From the human T2T-CHM13v2.0 reference genome, Homo sapiens, in the NCBI RefSeq assembly GCF_009914755.1, contig NC_060936.1: 64,000 bases of DNA; one strand, 5' to 3'. A program made the translations under genes and the position numbers. The notes below the pieces were generated by a model. It saw only the letters and a program-made list of their open reading frames with translations. It ran no database searches and had not been told where the DNA came from. Of the stretch, positions 27,612-42,225 are shown piece by piece (the stretch's first letter is position 1; the number at the start of each line of letters is the position of its first letter).

Positions 27612-30600
27612 CCTGTCTTGCAGGACTGTAGTCCTAATGATTCAGTTGGTGGAAGGGAACCACGGAATCACAGATTCTGTGTTTGCACAGCCATGCAGTA
27701 CTGGAAGACCTTTGCACATCTAGGGATGCTGATGTGGGTGGTGTATTGATTCTGATAATGGTGATTAAATGATGACCATTCTCATTCATTAGCAGAAATT
27801 TTACCTAACCTAAAAATGTTTAAAAAAACCTAACCATTGTCTTATCTTTCATAGCATACTGTGAGATTGACTATAAAGATGAACATTAGGGAAATGAAGA
27901 TGGATTAATGTTCTTGGCAGTCTCCAACAACCCCTGCCTTTCATAGGTAGTCTTACTTCTTGTCGATTTATCAGTTACTTTCTGGCTCTTAAGTCTTATG
28001 CTCCTCTGTGAGGCCTGTTAAGAGGGATGGTATATACTTGTAGGTAGAAGACTAGGGAATGGAAGTTGGAGACTTCCATTCCATTAACATAGAAAGTAAT
28101 CTAGGGATATAATAATGGACTGTTTAGGGGTATAGTACAATGGCCCATCCCTGAATAAGGAATATGCTATAGGTTTGCTAATTTTACTTGTTCAGGGTAT
28201 TTCCAAATTATCGAATTTTTGTTTGTTCTTTTTCTATAAGTGAAAGTATACATCAAAATGTTTCTGATGTTTGCAGGTGTGTTTCCTTACTACTGTCCTC
28301 CCTAACTCTGGCGACCTCTTTGACCCAGCCATCATCAAAAAGCATGTTTAAGGCCATGATTAGGGTAATTAATGTTAAGAATAAATATTATTTCATTAAG
28401 AAACATTATTTAACTCATTTTCCTTATGTGTCACTTAATGTTATTAAGTGACCAATTAGTTTTTAATTATTTCAAATAAAATCTAATTGTATTTTAATGT
28501 CATATAGGTAGATTTTTCAAATATGTATGTTCACATTTATATTTAGAAACATACAATGGGTCATCTAACTAGATATTAAAAACTTTGTATACACTTTTCA
28601 AGATCTTTACCTTTGTGTGGAAAGCCAAGCTGCCGAAAAAAATATATATTCTATAGAGTTCTATAACTGGTTAAAGCTCTACAGGACCATCAATAACCAA
28701 ACATGTGCTGCAGTTGCCTGGAGGCATCGTAAAGTGGTTATTTAAATTAAAGTTGTTTCTTAGTACTTGGGGAAAAAAACTAACACAAATCTAAATCAGA
28801 TGAGTCATTGTGCATTTTAATGAAAAGTTTTTCTAATATGTAAATAAATCTAGCAAAATATCCTCAATAGTATATGATCAACCATGTATAGGGATCCTCA
28901 AAGGATCTGTTGTTCTATACTGTGCCCACTGGCCAAAGAACAGGTACCTAACGTTCTCTAAGAGACTTTACAGATTATACGATGAGATATGGTTTGAACT
29001 CCTGTTTTGGCTGACTCCATGCAATCGCACAGTGCTTTAAAATTGTCTTCTATCCTGCATTTTTCTCAGTCGCAGATAATTCTGGCTCACCTGGATTCAA
29101 ATACTTGTAGACTTGACGCAATCCAACTACCTAAGATCCAAGTGCCCAAGAAACAACTTTCCAGGCTCAAAAAGGTGTCACTCGCTGGCTGTCATAATAC
29201 TTGAAATTTCTATCACTATATCACTATACTCATTCTATTAATATAAGCTGATGGCTCCTCTAAAGTGTGAGTATATTACCTACAAAGGGGAACAAATTAG
29301 CATATTAAATTTATTATCAACATGAGATTATACTGTAGTATGGGCAGCACCCACTCATTTACCCCTAATTTTATGTGTCCCTGCCGAAGAAGCAACTCTG
29401 CTTCCAGTCTTGCTACCTTTGACTGCTCATTGGAGCAATGGTTTCCACTGTCACTCCTCATACCTGTTTCCACCTAGGATGAACTGGCCATACAAAGCGT
29501 ATTAAATAGGGAGAGATGATGAAAACTGACCATTGACAGGAGAAAGGAGAGAGAATATAGGGAAGTTTTACGACACAGATACCTGCTTAGTGAGGGCAAG
29601 TCCAAGTTGGATACTTTAGAGTGAGACTCCCAACAGCCATGTGGACAGCATGAATATGCCAAGAGTTTGAAAAAGGAGCCCCAAATGGACTGGGGCCAGG
29701 AGAGTGAGATGACAAAGACAGACTGAATCTTTTACAGTTTTGAGCTTTCTTTGAGTACATACTAGAGATATAACAGAACCAGGTGGAGGAAGGAGGCAGG
29801 GAATCTAAAATATTTATGAGCTTGATAAGATTGGAAGAGTTTAAAGCAGGAGGTGGAGACAAATGAGGGCAGACTGGAGGGAGGGATACAAGCAAGGGAG
29901 GGCATCTTAAGAGTGCTTCAGAAGAGGCAGTGATGTCAGTGGTGCAGGTGTGGATCCAACTTAGACACCCTGTTCTTGTGGGTAAATGCATATTTTCTTT
30001 TTACACGGCTGGGTTAAATTACTTCCCCTAGGTCATTCAATTAATCACTTGGAGAGCAAGGAATAGAATCCAGCTCTCAAGGCTCTCATTTCACATCTGG
30101 AGCAGGCAAACTAGGGTTCTCCTTTCTGAAACACCCTCTTTTTTTTTTTTAAGTCTTTTGCAAATCAGTGAAGTTTTGAGCTCCTTTATAAAGAATTTAT
30201 GAAATCCTGTTACTCTTTGCGTGATTTAAAATTAAGGTGGTGTTAGTACAAAAAAACACTATAAATTGCTTTTTGGTTTATCTTCCATTCAAAAATTTAA
30301 AATATCTGTCAAAATTTCTTTGATTTTTTCCCTGCAGATTTCAAGTTATTGTTCTGGGGAGCTGGAAGAAAAATGAGTTACAGATCTGAAAAAGCAGTGT
30401 GTGCAGAGCTTAACTGCTGCATGACTGATTGTGTGATATATTGCTCTTTTCACTAATAACCACAAAGCAGGTAGAGGCATGGCAGACTAATTTGGTTTAT
30501 ATGTCCAGCTGTAAGGCTAGACACTGCATCATTCTTTTCAGAAACCAGTGACTTTAGGCATGTGGAACTCGTAGTCATGACAACAATAAACCAGCTTTGA

Positions 30601-31164
30601 GTCTGTGTTTCAGCTCAGAAACTGCCTTGTCTCCATTACTTCCTGCTCATGACCTGACTTTTCTTACTCTCTGGGGCTGGGGGCTGGGGATTTATGAAAG
30701 ATCTATTGAACAGAGCTCCAGTATATGTTTAATGCTTAAAATGTCTCGGTTGAAAGTTTTGCTTGCACAGATGGCTAAAGGCTGGAAGGAGGATAGATCA
30801 ATCATTATTATAGCTAATGACACGGTTATAAGGGCATACACAAAGGTGAGCTGATTTGGAAAATGGGAAAAGGCAATGTGAAAAGTGGGACTTGGAAGCA
30901 TTGCTTTGAATAACATAAAAGTGGTTATCACAAATAAAATTTTATTTTAAATACATAAGGGAATTTATGATTCTGAGAGGACTTATCCAAAAGGTAAAAT
31001 GAATAATCAAACAAAAATTAATACAAAAAATTAAGTGAGTGTATGTGTGTGTATATTTATGCAGTTTTTAAACCTGAAGAAACAATTAGCAGAAGCTCAT
31101 GGCAAAATCTACAAGTGTTCATTTTAGTGTCCCACTAGTTTAATGGTATGATAGTGACTGCCTT

Positions 31165-31400
31165 CAGAGACAGCGTAGCTCAGTGACCTCTGGGTTCAAT
31201 GGTCTCCATTTAAATATCAGCTGTAATATTGGGAAGTTGTCTATACAAAGTCTCTCAACATTCTGCTCTAAAGAGAAATGATATGATTTGCACTTCAAAG
31301 GGTTGATTGTTGGTGAAATGAGATAATGGAGGAGAAAGCTTAGCTCAGTGCCCTGGATAGAGTGAACCTTCAATAACAGGTAGCTGTCAATGTTGGTTCT
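31165..31400 (+). repeat. MIR SINE
   Basis: agacagcgtagctcagtg...ctgggttcaa...gggttgattgttggtgaaatgagataat...cttagctcagtgccctgg. Confidence 0.7.
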
Positions 31401-34400
31401 ATTGGTGTTGTTGCTAGTAGGGTTTGTCATTAATTGAAATCTGTCCTTCCTGTGATTATCATGGTTGAACTCTAGTATTAAAGAGGCCTGATCATAGCGA
31501 TGGGAAGATTTATTTTTCTTTCTGGAGAGACGTTCTCTGGCTTTACTATTTTCTTTGTATAATCTAGATTGTAAGGAGGGTAGATAGTGGCTAGAGAAGG
31601 CATGAATGCCAGACTGAACTGCCAACATAAAAGATGGTGTGTCTGGAGACTTTTGTGCCTTTTAACTGCCCAGTTGTGTTTCTCCCATCACCCAACAAGA
31701 AGCGAGAAATTCTACCATCAATTTTGTTTCATTTTCCTTAGCACGTTGGCCTAGTTCTATATGACTGCCTTTTTTAAAGCTCTTATTTTCCAGCAAGTTA
31801 CCCCTACAAGCCAATAGACAGAGACATAAGACATGAATCAAACCCTAGATAGAAGCCAAATGCTTCCTTTCTTTTCTATGTACTGAGAAATTGAATGATT
31901 TACTTTCCCTGAGATCAGCTTCATGATTTCATGATCATGTGGTTAAACTTAGTAACCAACATGCTCCCTGGAGGCTAGCTTTCCCCCATCACCTTGTAGA
32001 GTTTGGCTCACCATGTAAAAATCTGATCGAGTAAATTCAATTATTAAGTTATAATTGAGAAATCATGAACCATTAACCGATTATGTACTTTTTCTTATTA
32101 TAAGAGTTTAACACTGTCATAAACAATTAGATTTCTCTTTACATTGTTCCCAGAGCAGCAGTTATAATTTATAGCAATATGATTGTTTTCCAAAATATAT
32201 AATTAGATCACATTTTTCTATTAGAAGTTTTATGAGAAAAGAAAATTTTCATATGCCCGTCATTGCATGAAAGAGTTAATATACCTCCAGAAAAGAAGAT
32301 ATATTATTTTTCAATAGTAATATTAATTTTAGAAATATTTAAATTGAGTAAAATAATGGGGTGATTAATATGAGGGAAATGTAAATACTATCATGTTAGA
32401 TATTTGAAAATATAAAATAAATATATATTATATAATTAATGTATGGCAGAAAAGATGTAATTGAGTGACTAACTTTTCTGGATATCCTAGGTGTTACCGA
32501 AAAGTGTAATTACATGCTTATGAATGACCATTAAAGTAGCATTATTACAAAAATATTTTTCATACAGAATGATTTTGTATTGGTAGCTTTTTTAACATCT
32601 TTTAATAAAATTGAGTGAGATAAAAATACACCCAAAGTTTGGAAGATTTTCTGTTTTGTCTTAAGGTCTTGTAATTTCATTGATACTAGTCCTAATGTCT
32701 CTAAGCTTTAGAGATGTTTTAAAGCCCAGGTCATTTTTCCTAAGTTAGACTGTTTAGTCTATGCAAAAGATAAATCTTCTGAAGATTCAAAATCTTTAAA
32801 CATGCCCAGAGGAAACAATTGTCTCTCTAGGAGTTCCTTCTTGGAATATTTCTGTCTCTTCAATATTGGTTTATTTTTGTTATTGCTCACAAATGTTGCT
32901 GATAAAGGTGTTTCGAGTAAGGAAATTGAAACAATGGAAACATAAATCTATTTCTTAAAATGTAACAGAAGGCTGATTCATCAAATATGGCTTAATGTTT
33001 GTGATGTACTTAGCAGCAGAGAGCTCCAGAGTTTTTCCTGGTAGAAATATAGAAATATTTATAACAAAAGGCCAGATTCTTCCCCTTGGAATTCTCTGTG
33101 GATCTCTCTCAACCACCAGGGAAAAAGCAGTATCCAGGAATACACAGTCAAAGTAAACTTCTACTCCACAACTTGGTTATATGATTTTATTTTATTTATT
33201 TTTAAAATACCTAAATTTTTTACTAATAAGTACAATAAATCAATTAATTTGTAGAGAAAATTCGAGTTCTTCAATTTAGCAGCCAATTTTCCTAACATGG
33301 GCTGGAACTAAAAAAACTATATCATCTAGTTTGCAACAAACTTGCTGCAGTTAAAGATGCTAATTGCAATGATTCATCATAATTCATTGTCAAGATTTGA
33401 CATAAAATAGCTGGGATGATTTATTTTTAGTTTACATAGTTATATATTGTGATTTCAGTAAATGTTCACTCACATTTTACAAAGGCTCATTATTTCTCTA
33501 CTATTATTATTATGCTCTGAAAATTTCAAATAATTTCCTGTTTATTTTTCATTGTTTACCTGTCTAGTATTGTCACTGGTAAATGTGAAATAGGGTGGGT
33601 TTTTGTTTTCTTTTCTTCTCACTGACCTTATCTTTTACATATTCTGATTATTCTTGAACCAGTAGCTTAAGTATAGATGCAAAAGTGATGAGAGTTTGAC
33701 TTAGCTTTGGCTTTTATTATCAGATACCCACAAGGAAATAAAGCTTTGATCTACTTCCTTGGAAAGTTAATCCCAGTGATTATGTGGAGATGTGTGCAGT
33801 GTTAGCTACAGGGATATACATCTTTAATCTCTTGGCGTTGAATACTTAATCCAGTTCAGATTCTTGGCAAGGAGATTTAAAGAAAGAACAAAATAATTAC
33901 ACTCTTCATGGGCTTTGTTTTCTGGAATGAATATTTGGTAGCTCTGCCTGGTGTTTCACTGTTTAACTGGAGTGCTTAGGAAAATAGATTTGTGTTTACT
34001 TGGAGTGATGTAAAAGCTGATTTTTGTGGTCCTCGGTAGGTAAATTTAAAGTATGTCTATTAACTACGGGGCATTTTGGGGAGGGCTTTTACTCTTCAGC
34101 TTGTTTATTTTGGCAGAGTGAAGGCTGAATAGAGAATGCACTATTTCCTGTGGAATAATTTCACAGTTATTCTAAAACTGGAACTACTCATTAAAAAGTG
34201 TTCATCTTTTCTTCATGTAAATAAAAACTTCATATGCTATTGTAGGCCATAAAAATGCCCACTAAATTTAAATGTAACACGGCTTCATTAGAAAAAGATT
34301 TTAAACTAATCATATTTATTTTTTAAAATGCTACTCCAACTTATTGAGAAAATGTGGATTAGGTTAAAATATATTTAAACAAATGTTATTAGGTAACCCA

Positions 34401-36149
34401 TTAGCTCAAATAATATATGTTTTCTTTTGGTTTACATTACACATTATAATCCATAACTACATATCTAAAAAGGAAGATAGAAAACAATAGAAATCTCGTC
34501 AACCTTACATAAACATTAAAATATTCATGATGCTTTAATGCGGTAGATACAAAGTTAGTATCTTCCAATTAGTATTATAATTTTTTTCTGCATATTAATC
34601 CTTATCATGCATAAATATAATCTTATACCTGCATAATATGCCATCAAGTTTATTACCATAATTTACTTGACTACGCTTCTAGTTTTCTTTCTCTGTTTTG
34701 AATAATGCCAGAACTTATTTGTATTGAAAATATGAAATGCTAGCAAAGTGAAGAACATCATTTTATTATTTATGCTAAGTCTTTATTCCTGATTAAAAGA
34801 AGATATAAGCAGACCTGTTAGAAATTAATCCTGATATCAGAACAAGGATGAGTGAAATTTTGCACAGGTCTCACTCATTTTAAAATTAATAACCCATATT
34901 TGGGTGTTTTTATTGGGTATTTTATATTGACATATAAAACAAATATTTACATAATTTGACTTTTACTTAGAAGTAATTTTTGGTTACTAATATATTAGCA
35001 GTTTGCTAGTAATTCAAGTTCAGCCATTTATGTTAATGCATCACAAACAGAAGTAGCCTTTCTTCTTCCCCCTTTCCTTAAGTAGTGTAGCTCTTGTTTC
35101 TTCTGTGATTTAGGCTCCAAAGTTTTGTGTCCTTTTTAATTGTCTTCTAAAAGTGCATGTTCCCAATGAGGTAAAATTAAATCTTCAGAATTGTGTCTCA
35201 GTAATGAATAGAATCACAGCTGGGCAATAGTTGGGTAAAAGTTTCTGGGTCATTTGGGAGAAGACATGTTTGATTTTACATCTTATCAAAATATTTTTTT
35301 TAAAGAATTCCTGAAATACTCCCTGGAAAATGTGTCATGGTTTAAGTGTCTCCAAAGTTTTCTTAGAATTTCAAAAGAGTTTTCAGTGTGGACACATATA
35401 CATTAAGAATATACTTGAAGCTATGTTGTTTTTCTGGACCCCCTCTAAAGGAAGAATGTAAGAAGGTGTTTTAAGTTGTGTTAGTTTAGTTTTGTTTTTA
35501 AACTGAATTGATAGAATACTCTGGCATTAGGCAGACAAAGAATAAATTTTGCTTGTAATTAGCTCTAAGTATTCCTTCTTACACAGCTTTGCTTCCTGTG
35601 TTTTACCTACCCTGTTCAATGCCAATTTATAGAGGTGAGTGACGGCTACCTCTGTATTTTTTATTCAGGAACTTTCCCAAGAGTAGAGAGAATAAAATCT
35701 TCGAAAAGAATATTTCATTCAACATAAAACTTTGTTTTCCATTCCATTTTTGAAGCCAACCTTAACATTGTAGGGGATGCCTGGCTTAGGCAAAAGCATT
35801 CTGTCTCTCTCTCTTGATCCATGCCCATGGCTCTCTGTACATAACGTGTATAAGGTGTGTAGTGGTTTCAGAAGAGGAGGGGGAGCTGTAGGGAATAAAA
35901 AGTTCATGTTAAGCAGGAGTAACACGTGCTGGGTAAAGGAAGATTAACTTCATTCTTAGAATATGTGTTTTTCCTCAACTCACAAAGAAAAATCATTTCA
36001 TAGATAAGAAGAGTGTCAATCCTTGTCACGGAGCCTTTTGAAGTCATCATTTATAGTGCTTATTTGAGTATTGTTATCCTTTCTCTCTGGATACTGCAAA
36101 ATCTTCAGCGTGCTTGGATTTCCATGGCCAACTCTACAAGAATTTAGAT

Positions 36150-36300
36150 CAGTGTTGCTTAAAGTGGGGACCAAGGATCTATGTGGGTCCCAGAACTGTT
36201 TGTTAGTACCTGATGATGAGATAAAAAGTTGGGGTCAGAATTGCTAAGCATATTGTTTATTCATTTAATGTTTTTTATGTAGCTAGACTTTCTTGATTAT
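36150..36300 (+). mobile_element. hAT-Charlie fragment (Charlie4-like end)
   Basis: cagtgttgcttaaagtgggg...agaactgtttgtta...gatgagataa resembles the Charlie4 terminus. Confidence 0.5.
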
Positions 36301-36444
36301 TTCCTGGAGTGCTGGAAACAAACAAAGACAGGTTACCTTGAGTAGCAGTTATTTATCTTTCGGCCTCTGTATTAATGTTAAATATGCGAAAACATTTAAG
36401 TACTTGTTGTGAAAAAATGAATGTTTGCTGATAAAACTGTACAG

Positions 36445-36610
36445 CAGCCTGGAGAGTCAGAGATCCTGGGCCTTAGTTTAGACCCTGGTGCCTACCAACT
36501 GTGTGACCTGAAACAACCATCTCTGGATTTCTTCATTTGCAAAGTGAGCTGGAATTGTTGTGGATTAAACATTTTAATGACATGTAAGAAATTTAAAGGA
36601 ATGAGTGCAT
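36445..36610 (+). repeat. MIR SINE
   Basis: cctggagagtcagagatcctggg...ccaactgtgtgacctg...tttcttcatttgcaaagtg...ttgtggattaa. Confidence 0.7.
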
Positions 36611-37384
36611 CGAAGCATTACATTCTCACATCCAGACTCACGTTGTTAACATATTAAAATTGACCATTGATTGAATGAGAGGACAGGGGCTAAATGTGTT
36701 AAGTTTAAAATTTAATTTAGATACTCCACAACTCTTATCCCTTGAATATTTCCCATCTTTAAACGCATACTTTGGTAGGCCAAAAAATCTTCTTGTGGTC
36801 ATAGTGTGTCTTCATTGCTATAATAATGTTCTGGAAATATACTCTAGCCAAAAATCTCATTTATTTCCCTGCCACTGTTGTGAAGAACCATGACAACATC
36901 TATTTTCTCTTTTTTACAAATCCACAAGACCTAACAACCTTTAATCTGCAGAAGAATATATTAAAAGTTGACAATGTTTTTTCTGCACCGCTATGTATGG
37001 TAAAACCTTACTCGTTTTCTCATTTTTTACTCATGACAATAACAATATAAGTAGGTGTTGCAGATATTTCAGTGATACTTCAAACAGGATCTTTTCCATG
37101 AGGCAAACAGAACCAAATGCAAAGTTGAAAAACATTAAGAAAAGGTATTTTGCTAGAAACAGAAATAGCATTTCAAGTGATTTGTTTTGGGAAAAGCTTG
37201 CAACGTTACCAAAAATTAACATAAGTAAATTTGTTCTTTTTATTAAACAGAAATATCATTCAATAAGCTGGTCAACTAATGTCATTCGAATCTGGGTTGG
37301 GGGTGGTTTTCCAGGTTGTATTTTGGGGTGTGTGTGTATGAGTTTGCATTATTGTCCTTTTCCTCTTTCCATCCCTCTCAGTAA

Positions 37385-37768
<384 letters not shown>

Positions 37769-38174
37769 TAGGAGTACCCAGTATTTTCCAATTCCTTTTC
37801 TCCCTAATTGTTTGCATAGTGCATCCCACAAGTCCAAGTTGACTACTATTCCAGATCTCTTCTCCAACACCACATCCCTGTTCTTTTGGTATCTTTCCAT
37901 CTAGAGCCTTTTGCCTAAATTGCTTACTTACTCATTTCCAACTCAAATTTGAAGTTAACAAGCTGTTATAGGTTTAGCCCACTGCTGTATTTTGACAAGG
38001 TAGGTGCTCACATGAATATTTGTTGAGTTAAATTATTTAAATACAACCTGCCAAAAGCTGGGTCAGTTTCTTCTTTCTTGATATCAGATTCCTAACACTT
38101 CAGTTGGACGTGCTAGCTATCTCCTTTAGACATATACAGCATTTTCTTTGAACACATCTTGTGACATTTATACT

Positions 38175-38375
38175 AGTATCATGTTAAAAACACAGGATTT
38201 GTTGTCAGACAGAAGTTCAAACCTCGGCTGTCAAATCTTGAACATGTGATTAAATTTCTCAAGGATGCAGTATGTTCTGTCAGGTGAGGATGTTGATGCC
38301 TACCTCATAAACTTCCATGAAGATTACATGGCATAATATGTATGCAAAGTGCTTTGCTTCCTGTAAGCATTTCAT
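38175..38375 (+). repeat. MIR SINE
   Basis: gttaaaaacacaggattt...gtcagacagaagttcaaacctcggctg...cctacctcata...tgaagatta...tatgcaaagtgcttt. Confidence 0.7.
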
Positions 38376-38379
38376 CATC

Positions 38380-38620
38380 ATAATAGCAAACACTTGTACA
38401 TACTAATGTGCCAGGCACTGTTTTAAATTCTTTATGTTTGATAACTCATTTGTTCCTCACCACACAATGAAACAGACGCTATTCTCCCTGTTTCCCACCT
38501 GAAGAAACTAAATCACAGAAGGATAAATTATCTTTCCAAGCACACAGACCTGGCAGGCTGTAAGAGTCAGGATTAAAACCAGGATGTCTGGGCTGTGCAT
38601 TTAGCCACTCTGGTATACAG
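38380..38620 (-). repeat. MIR SINE
   Basis: ataatagcaaacactt...atgtgccaggcactgttttaa...aactcatttgttcctcac...gaagaaactaa...agagtcaggattaaaaccagg. Confidence 0.8.
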
Positions 38621-38809
38621 CTGCTCAGGAGTTGTGTATTGTTCTCTCCTCCTTATCATAAGGAAGCGTGTAATGTAATGGAAAGTGTCATGAAACTTGA
38701 ATTTTACTTCTAGATTATCAGCAGCTGTTTACTCTTAGGCAAGTCATTTATTCTCTTTAAGCCGTAGTTTGGTATTCTTATCTAGGAAAAAAAGGATTTG
38801 AGTAGCAAA

Positions 38810-39700
38810 CACCTTCTTTTTGTCTTCCTGGCATTCTTTTTTGGGGGAATTGCCCCTCTTCCAGTGTATTCCAGAAGGACTCTCAGTCACTGTCAGTGGC
38901 CATCAGCTCCGCTACTGCAGGGCTTCCTACTCCCAGACAGAGATGGTCTGTGACTCCCCTGGGTTGAGCATATGAGCAATGCAGGATTAGAATAGTGTGT
39001 ATTTGTGGCCGGGCGCGGTGGCTCACACCTGTAATCCCAGCACTTTGGGAGGCCGAGGCGGGCAGATCACGAGCTCAGGAGATAGAGACCATCCTGGCCA
39101 ACATGGTGAAACCCCGTCTCTACTAAAAATACAAAAATTAGCTGGGCGTGGTGGCGCATGCCTGTAATCCCAGCTACTCAGGAGTCTGAGAAAGGAGAAT
39201 CACTTGAACCCGGGAGGTGGAGGTTGCAGTGAGCTGAAGCCGAGATTGGCCGCTGCACTCCATCCTGGTGACAGAGCGAGACTCAGTCTCAAAAAAAAAA
39301 AAAAAAAAAAAAAAAGGAATAGTGTGTATTTGTAAACTGTATAGAACTGGGGGAAAGCAAGCCCTTTTGTATTTTTCAAAATACATAAGCTGAAATAATC
39401 ATGAAGGCATGAAGCTGTCAGGGACCATCTCTGCCACCAGATGGAGAGAATTTGCTTGAGACAGAATCCAAAATAAAGAAAGCAGAGATGTGAAATGCGG
39501 TTTGGGTGGAGAGAGACAGAGAGAAAGAGAGACAGAATGACCATTATGACAATGAGTTTGGTACCTGGATTCAGCTATATCTGAAGTCAGTCTACTGCTA
39601 TACTTTTCAGTTTTGTGATCCAACAAAACACTTGTCTCCCCTACAGACAAGTTTGAGTTGGCGTTCTTTCATTTGTAAGAGAAAAAGTTCTTATTCACAC
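38810..39700 (+). mobile_element. Old MaLR LTR (MLT1K/L-like) split by an Alu
   Basis: gaccatctctgccacca...ttgcttgag...aagcagaga...cctggattcagctatatctgaag...acttttcagttttgtga...gtttgagttgg...atttgtaa. Confidence 0.65.
39007..39316 (+). mobile_element. AluSc-like
   Basis: ggccgggcgcggtggctcac...gagaccatcctggccaacatgg, with a perfect 17-bp TSD gaatagtgtgtatttgt (38990-39006, 39317-39333). Confidence 0.97.
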
Positions 39701-40419
39701 AGACTTAAGGAGATCATCTCCCTTTTAACTACAGTGTTTTGTAAACTTAAGTTTCATTATATCTTTGCAGTCATAAAGAAATATATTTTTGAGCAAACAG
39801 ATATTCAATGAATTTTTAAAAAATAAATTGAATTGTTGAGCCTATGTAATTCAGGATAAAAATAGGTGTATCTGGGATCTTGAACATATATTTCTAATGA
39901 CTTTTATAGTTTCTTGGTGATTGACTACTTTGATCATGATCTAAAATAATTTAAAGCCAATGTTTCATTGGCTTAGATATTTTTCTTAACCAGCTGACTT
40001 CTTCTAAACCTTGTTTGGAAAGTCAACACTCCAGAGGACTGATGCAAATTAAAGTGTTTTCCTGGGCACAGAGATAAGTGTCTTCCTGAAATCACAAGCA
40101 AAACACAAGATAGAATTGTTGAGGGTTGAGTAGGATGTAAAGGGAATTTCCAGTCATTGCCTCTGCAAAATAATATAGGGTCAGAAAGTTCAAAGGGGCT
40201 CTGGGAAGGAAAGAACAGAATGGCCCCCTCAATCAGAATTATATCCATTTTATGTTAAAACCACCGAACTACTTTCAATCTGGTACATATGTATTATACA
40301 TATACCTACTGCAGCTTACATGCAAATGTGTTCATATACTTAGAACCACATGCAATGATCCCCTCTGCAATTATTCACAAATTAATCCTCCAAAAAGAAA
40401 GCAAGCTCTCTTAAATCTC

Positions 40420-40628
40420 TCCCATGTGCCAGGAAGTATGCTAAATGCTTTATACATTATCTCATAATTCTCTCAACAGAGATATGAGACAGATCTCTCC
40501 CATTTTATAGATGGTGAAATTGAGATTTAGAGTTTAAATAACTTGCTCAAAGTCTCACACCTACGAAGCAGTTTAAGTCATTCTGGCTTAAATACTCAAC
40601 TTTAATCACTGTGCTATGTTGCCCCTCC
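40420..40628 (-). repeat. MIR SINE
   Basis: atgtgccagg...atgctaaatgctttatacattatctc...cccattttatagatggtgaaattgag...aaataacttgctcaaagtc. Confidence 0.85.
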
Positions 40629-41879
40629 CAGGTGTAATCTGTTTTAAAGATAAAAATACAGAGATATTGCCTGTCCAACAAAAGAGGTTGTAAAGTTTAG
40701 TATTCTTGGAACGAGGCAGAAGGAGTGGGTATATGATACATGGGAAAAAATCAAGTTATAAACATTTAGGAGGCTAATACTGGGGGAAAAAAGACGAAGA
40801 CACATATTCCCTTCCTAGAAGTGATAAATCCTATTTACTGAGACTTAGTTTATTTTATGTAAATTCTATGTTTAACGTGAACTCATAGTTTCACAGCTCA
40901 AACCTGTTTGGCTGCTAACATCCTCCTTAGAGCTCTGCCAGCCAGAAAGTAAGCCAAACAGCAAAGCAATGCATGCTACAGCCTGCCAGATGCAGCTGCT
41001 GAAATCTAGCAGCAGATTTAGTGTTTCCTGTAGAGGCCTCCTAAAAACAAAAGTTCCCAGCTTGTTTGTATGTGACCAGCTTATGTTTCCATGATGCCTT
41101 GGACCATGGCTTTTTAGGGGTCATTTCATTTCATAAACCTTGTTCTGACTCTATAGGGAGTCCACTGCGTTCACACAGCCATGCTCATGGTTATAATGAA
41201 ATTTGATTTTTAAGTGGAAAATACATTGTTTATTATTAGCTTACAAACCAGACTTTTCCAAATCATGCAAAAGATTAGGGCAGTGTTTGATGCAACGTTC
41301 ATCCATTTACTGAGGTGATGGAGACAAGGTCATGCTTGCTGATGAGATGAAACTTTAAATGCCTTGAAAATGTGGGAGGTCTTTGTGAGACTAAGCAAGG
41401 AATTCCATATAGCACAACACACACAGTGTTAGCTAGCTGCCCACATCTGTGTGTGGCTCAAGCAGAAATAGTGATGGAGTCTCTTAGAGCTAGGGATTGG
41501 TTCCCAACGGCCTCAACCCAAAGAGTTATACAAGCTTTGGGGAATAGTTTTAGTGTAATTGCACATGTGGTTCTTTTTTGTGACGTCAATCTAAGAGCCG
41601 ATTCAACATTACTGAACCTTAGATTTTTGTCTCAAACACTTCTTTAAAAGTTTAGAAGATGCAATATTTCCTTATATCTAGCTTAATGTATTTGTTACAT
41701 AAGCTTCTATAGAATGAGGTTATGAGAAAACATACTTGATATTTTTACCTAGCAAGTGTTTTAATAATTTGAGGCATTATACTTTATTTTTGTTAACACT
41801 TACTGAAAGCTGTCTGTATATTAGACATATAATATATATTTAGTCTCCATGTAAGGTTTAGTGCATTTTATTCCTTTGC

Positions 41880-42026
41880 TCCCTTTGTTGCTGTCTCCCT
41901 TTACTAGAATGTAAGCACTACAAGGGGAAGTTGTTTTGTCTGTTTTATCCAGTGATAAATCCTAAGCACCTCCAATCATGATTGGCTCAGTTAGGTTTTT
42001 AATAAATACGTTTTGTACAAATGAAC
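41880..42026 (+). repeat. L2 3' terminus
   Basis: tctcccttt actagaatgtaagc...ttttgtctgtttt...aataaatacgttttg...aatgaa. Confidence 0.7.
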
Positions 42027-42039
42027 AGGGAGTATACTC

Positions 42040-42225
42040 AGGGTTTTATAGACATATCCCTTTGAATCTTCATATCAACCCATATAAGCATGTTATGTTT
42101 TCATTCCTATTCACTGATAAGGAAAATGAGGCTTTGAGAATTTAAATAACAATTTCTCAAGTCCATATAGCAGATAAATAATCAGCCTGAATTCAATTAT
42201 TGAACTCTTTCTCCGAACTCCATGT
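42040..42225 (-). repeat. MIR SINE
   Basis: ttgaatcttcatatcaaccccat...ctgataaggaaaatgaggctttgaga...aagtccatatagc. Confidence 0.7.

Noticed and set aside
28891-29040. In-frame GILKGSVV...LYDEI resembling reverse transcriptase PQGS/YADD motifs
   Set aside because: The key residues do not match and there is no other RT similarity. It is chance or an unrecognisably old LINE relic, and a Dfam nhmmer search would settle it.
31700-35500. Long AT-rich, ORF-free stretch as a special element (S/MAR)
   Set aside because: No specific structure is visible, and the lack of ORFs follows from the AT content.
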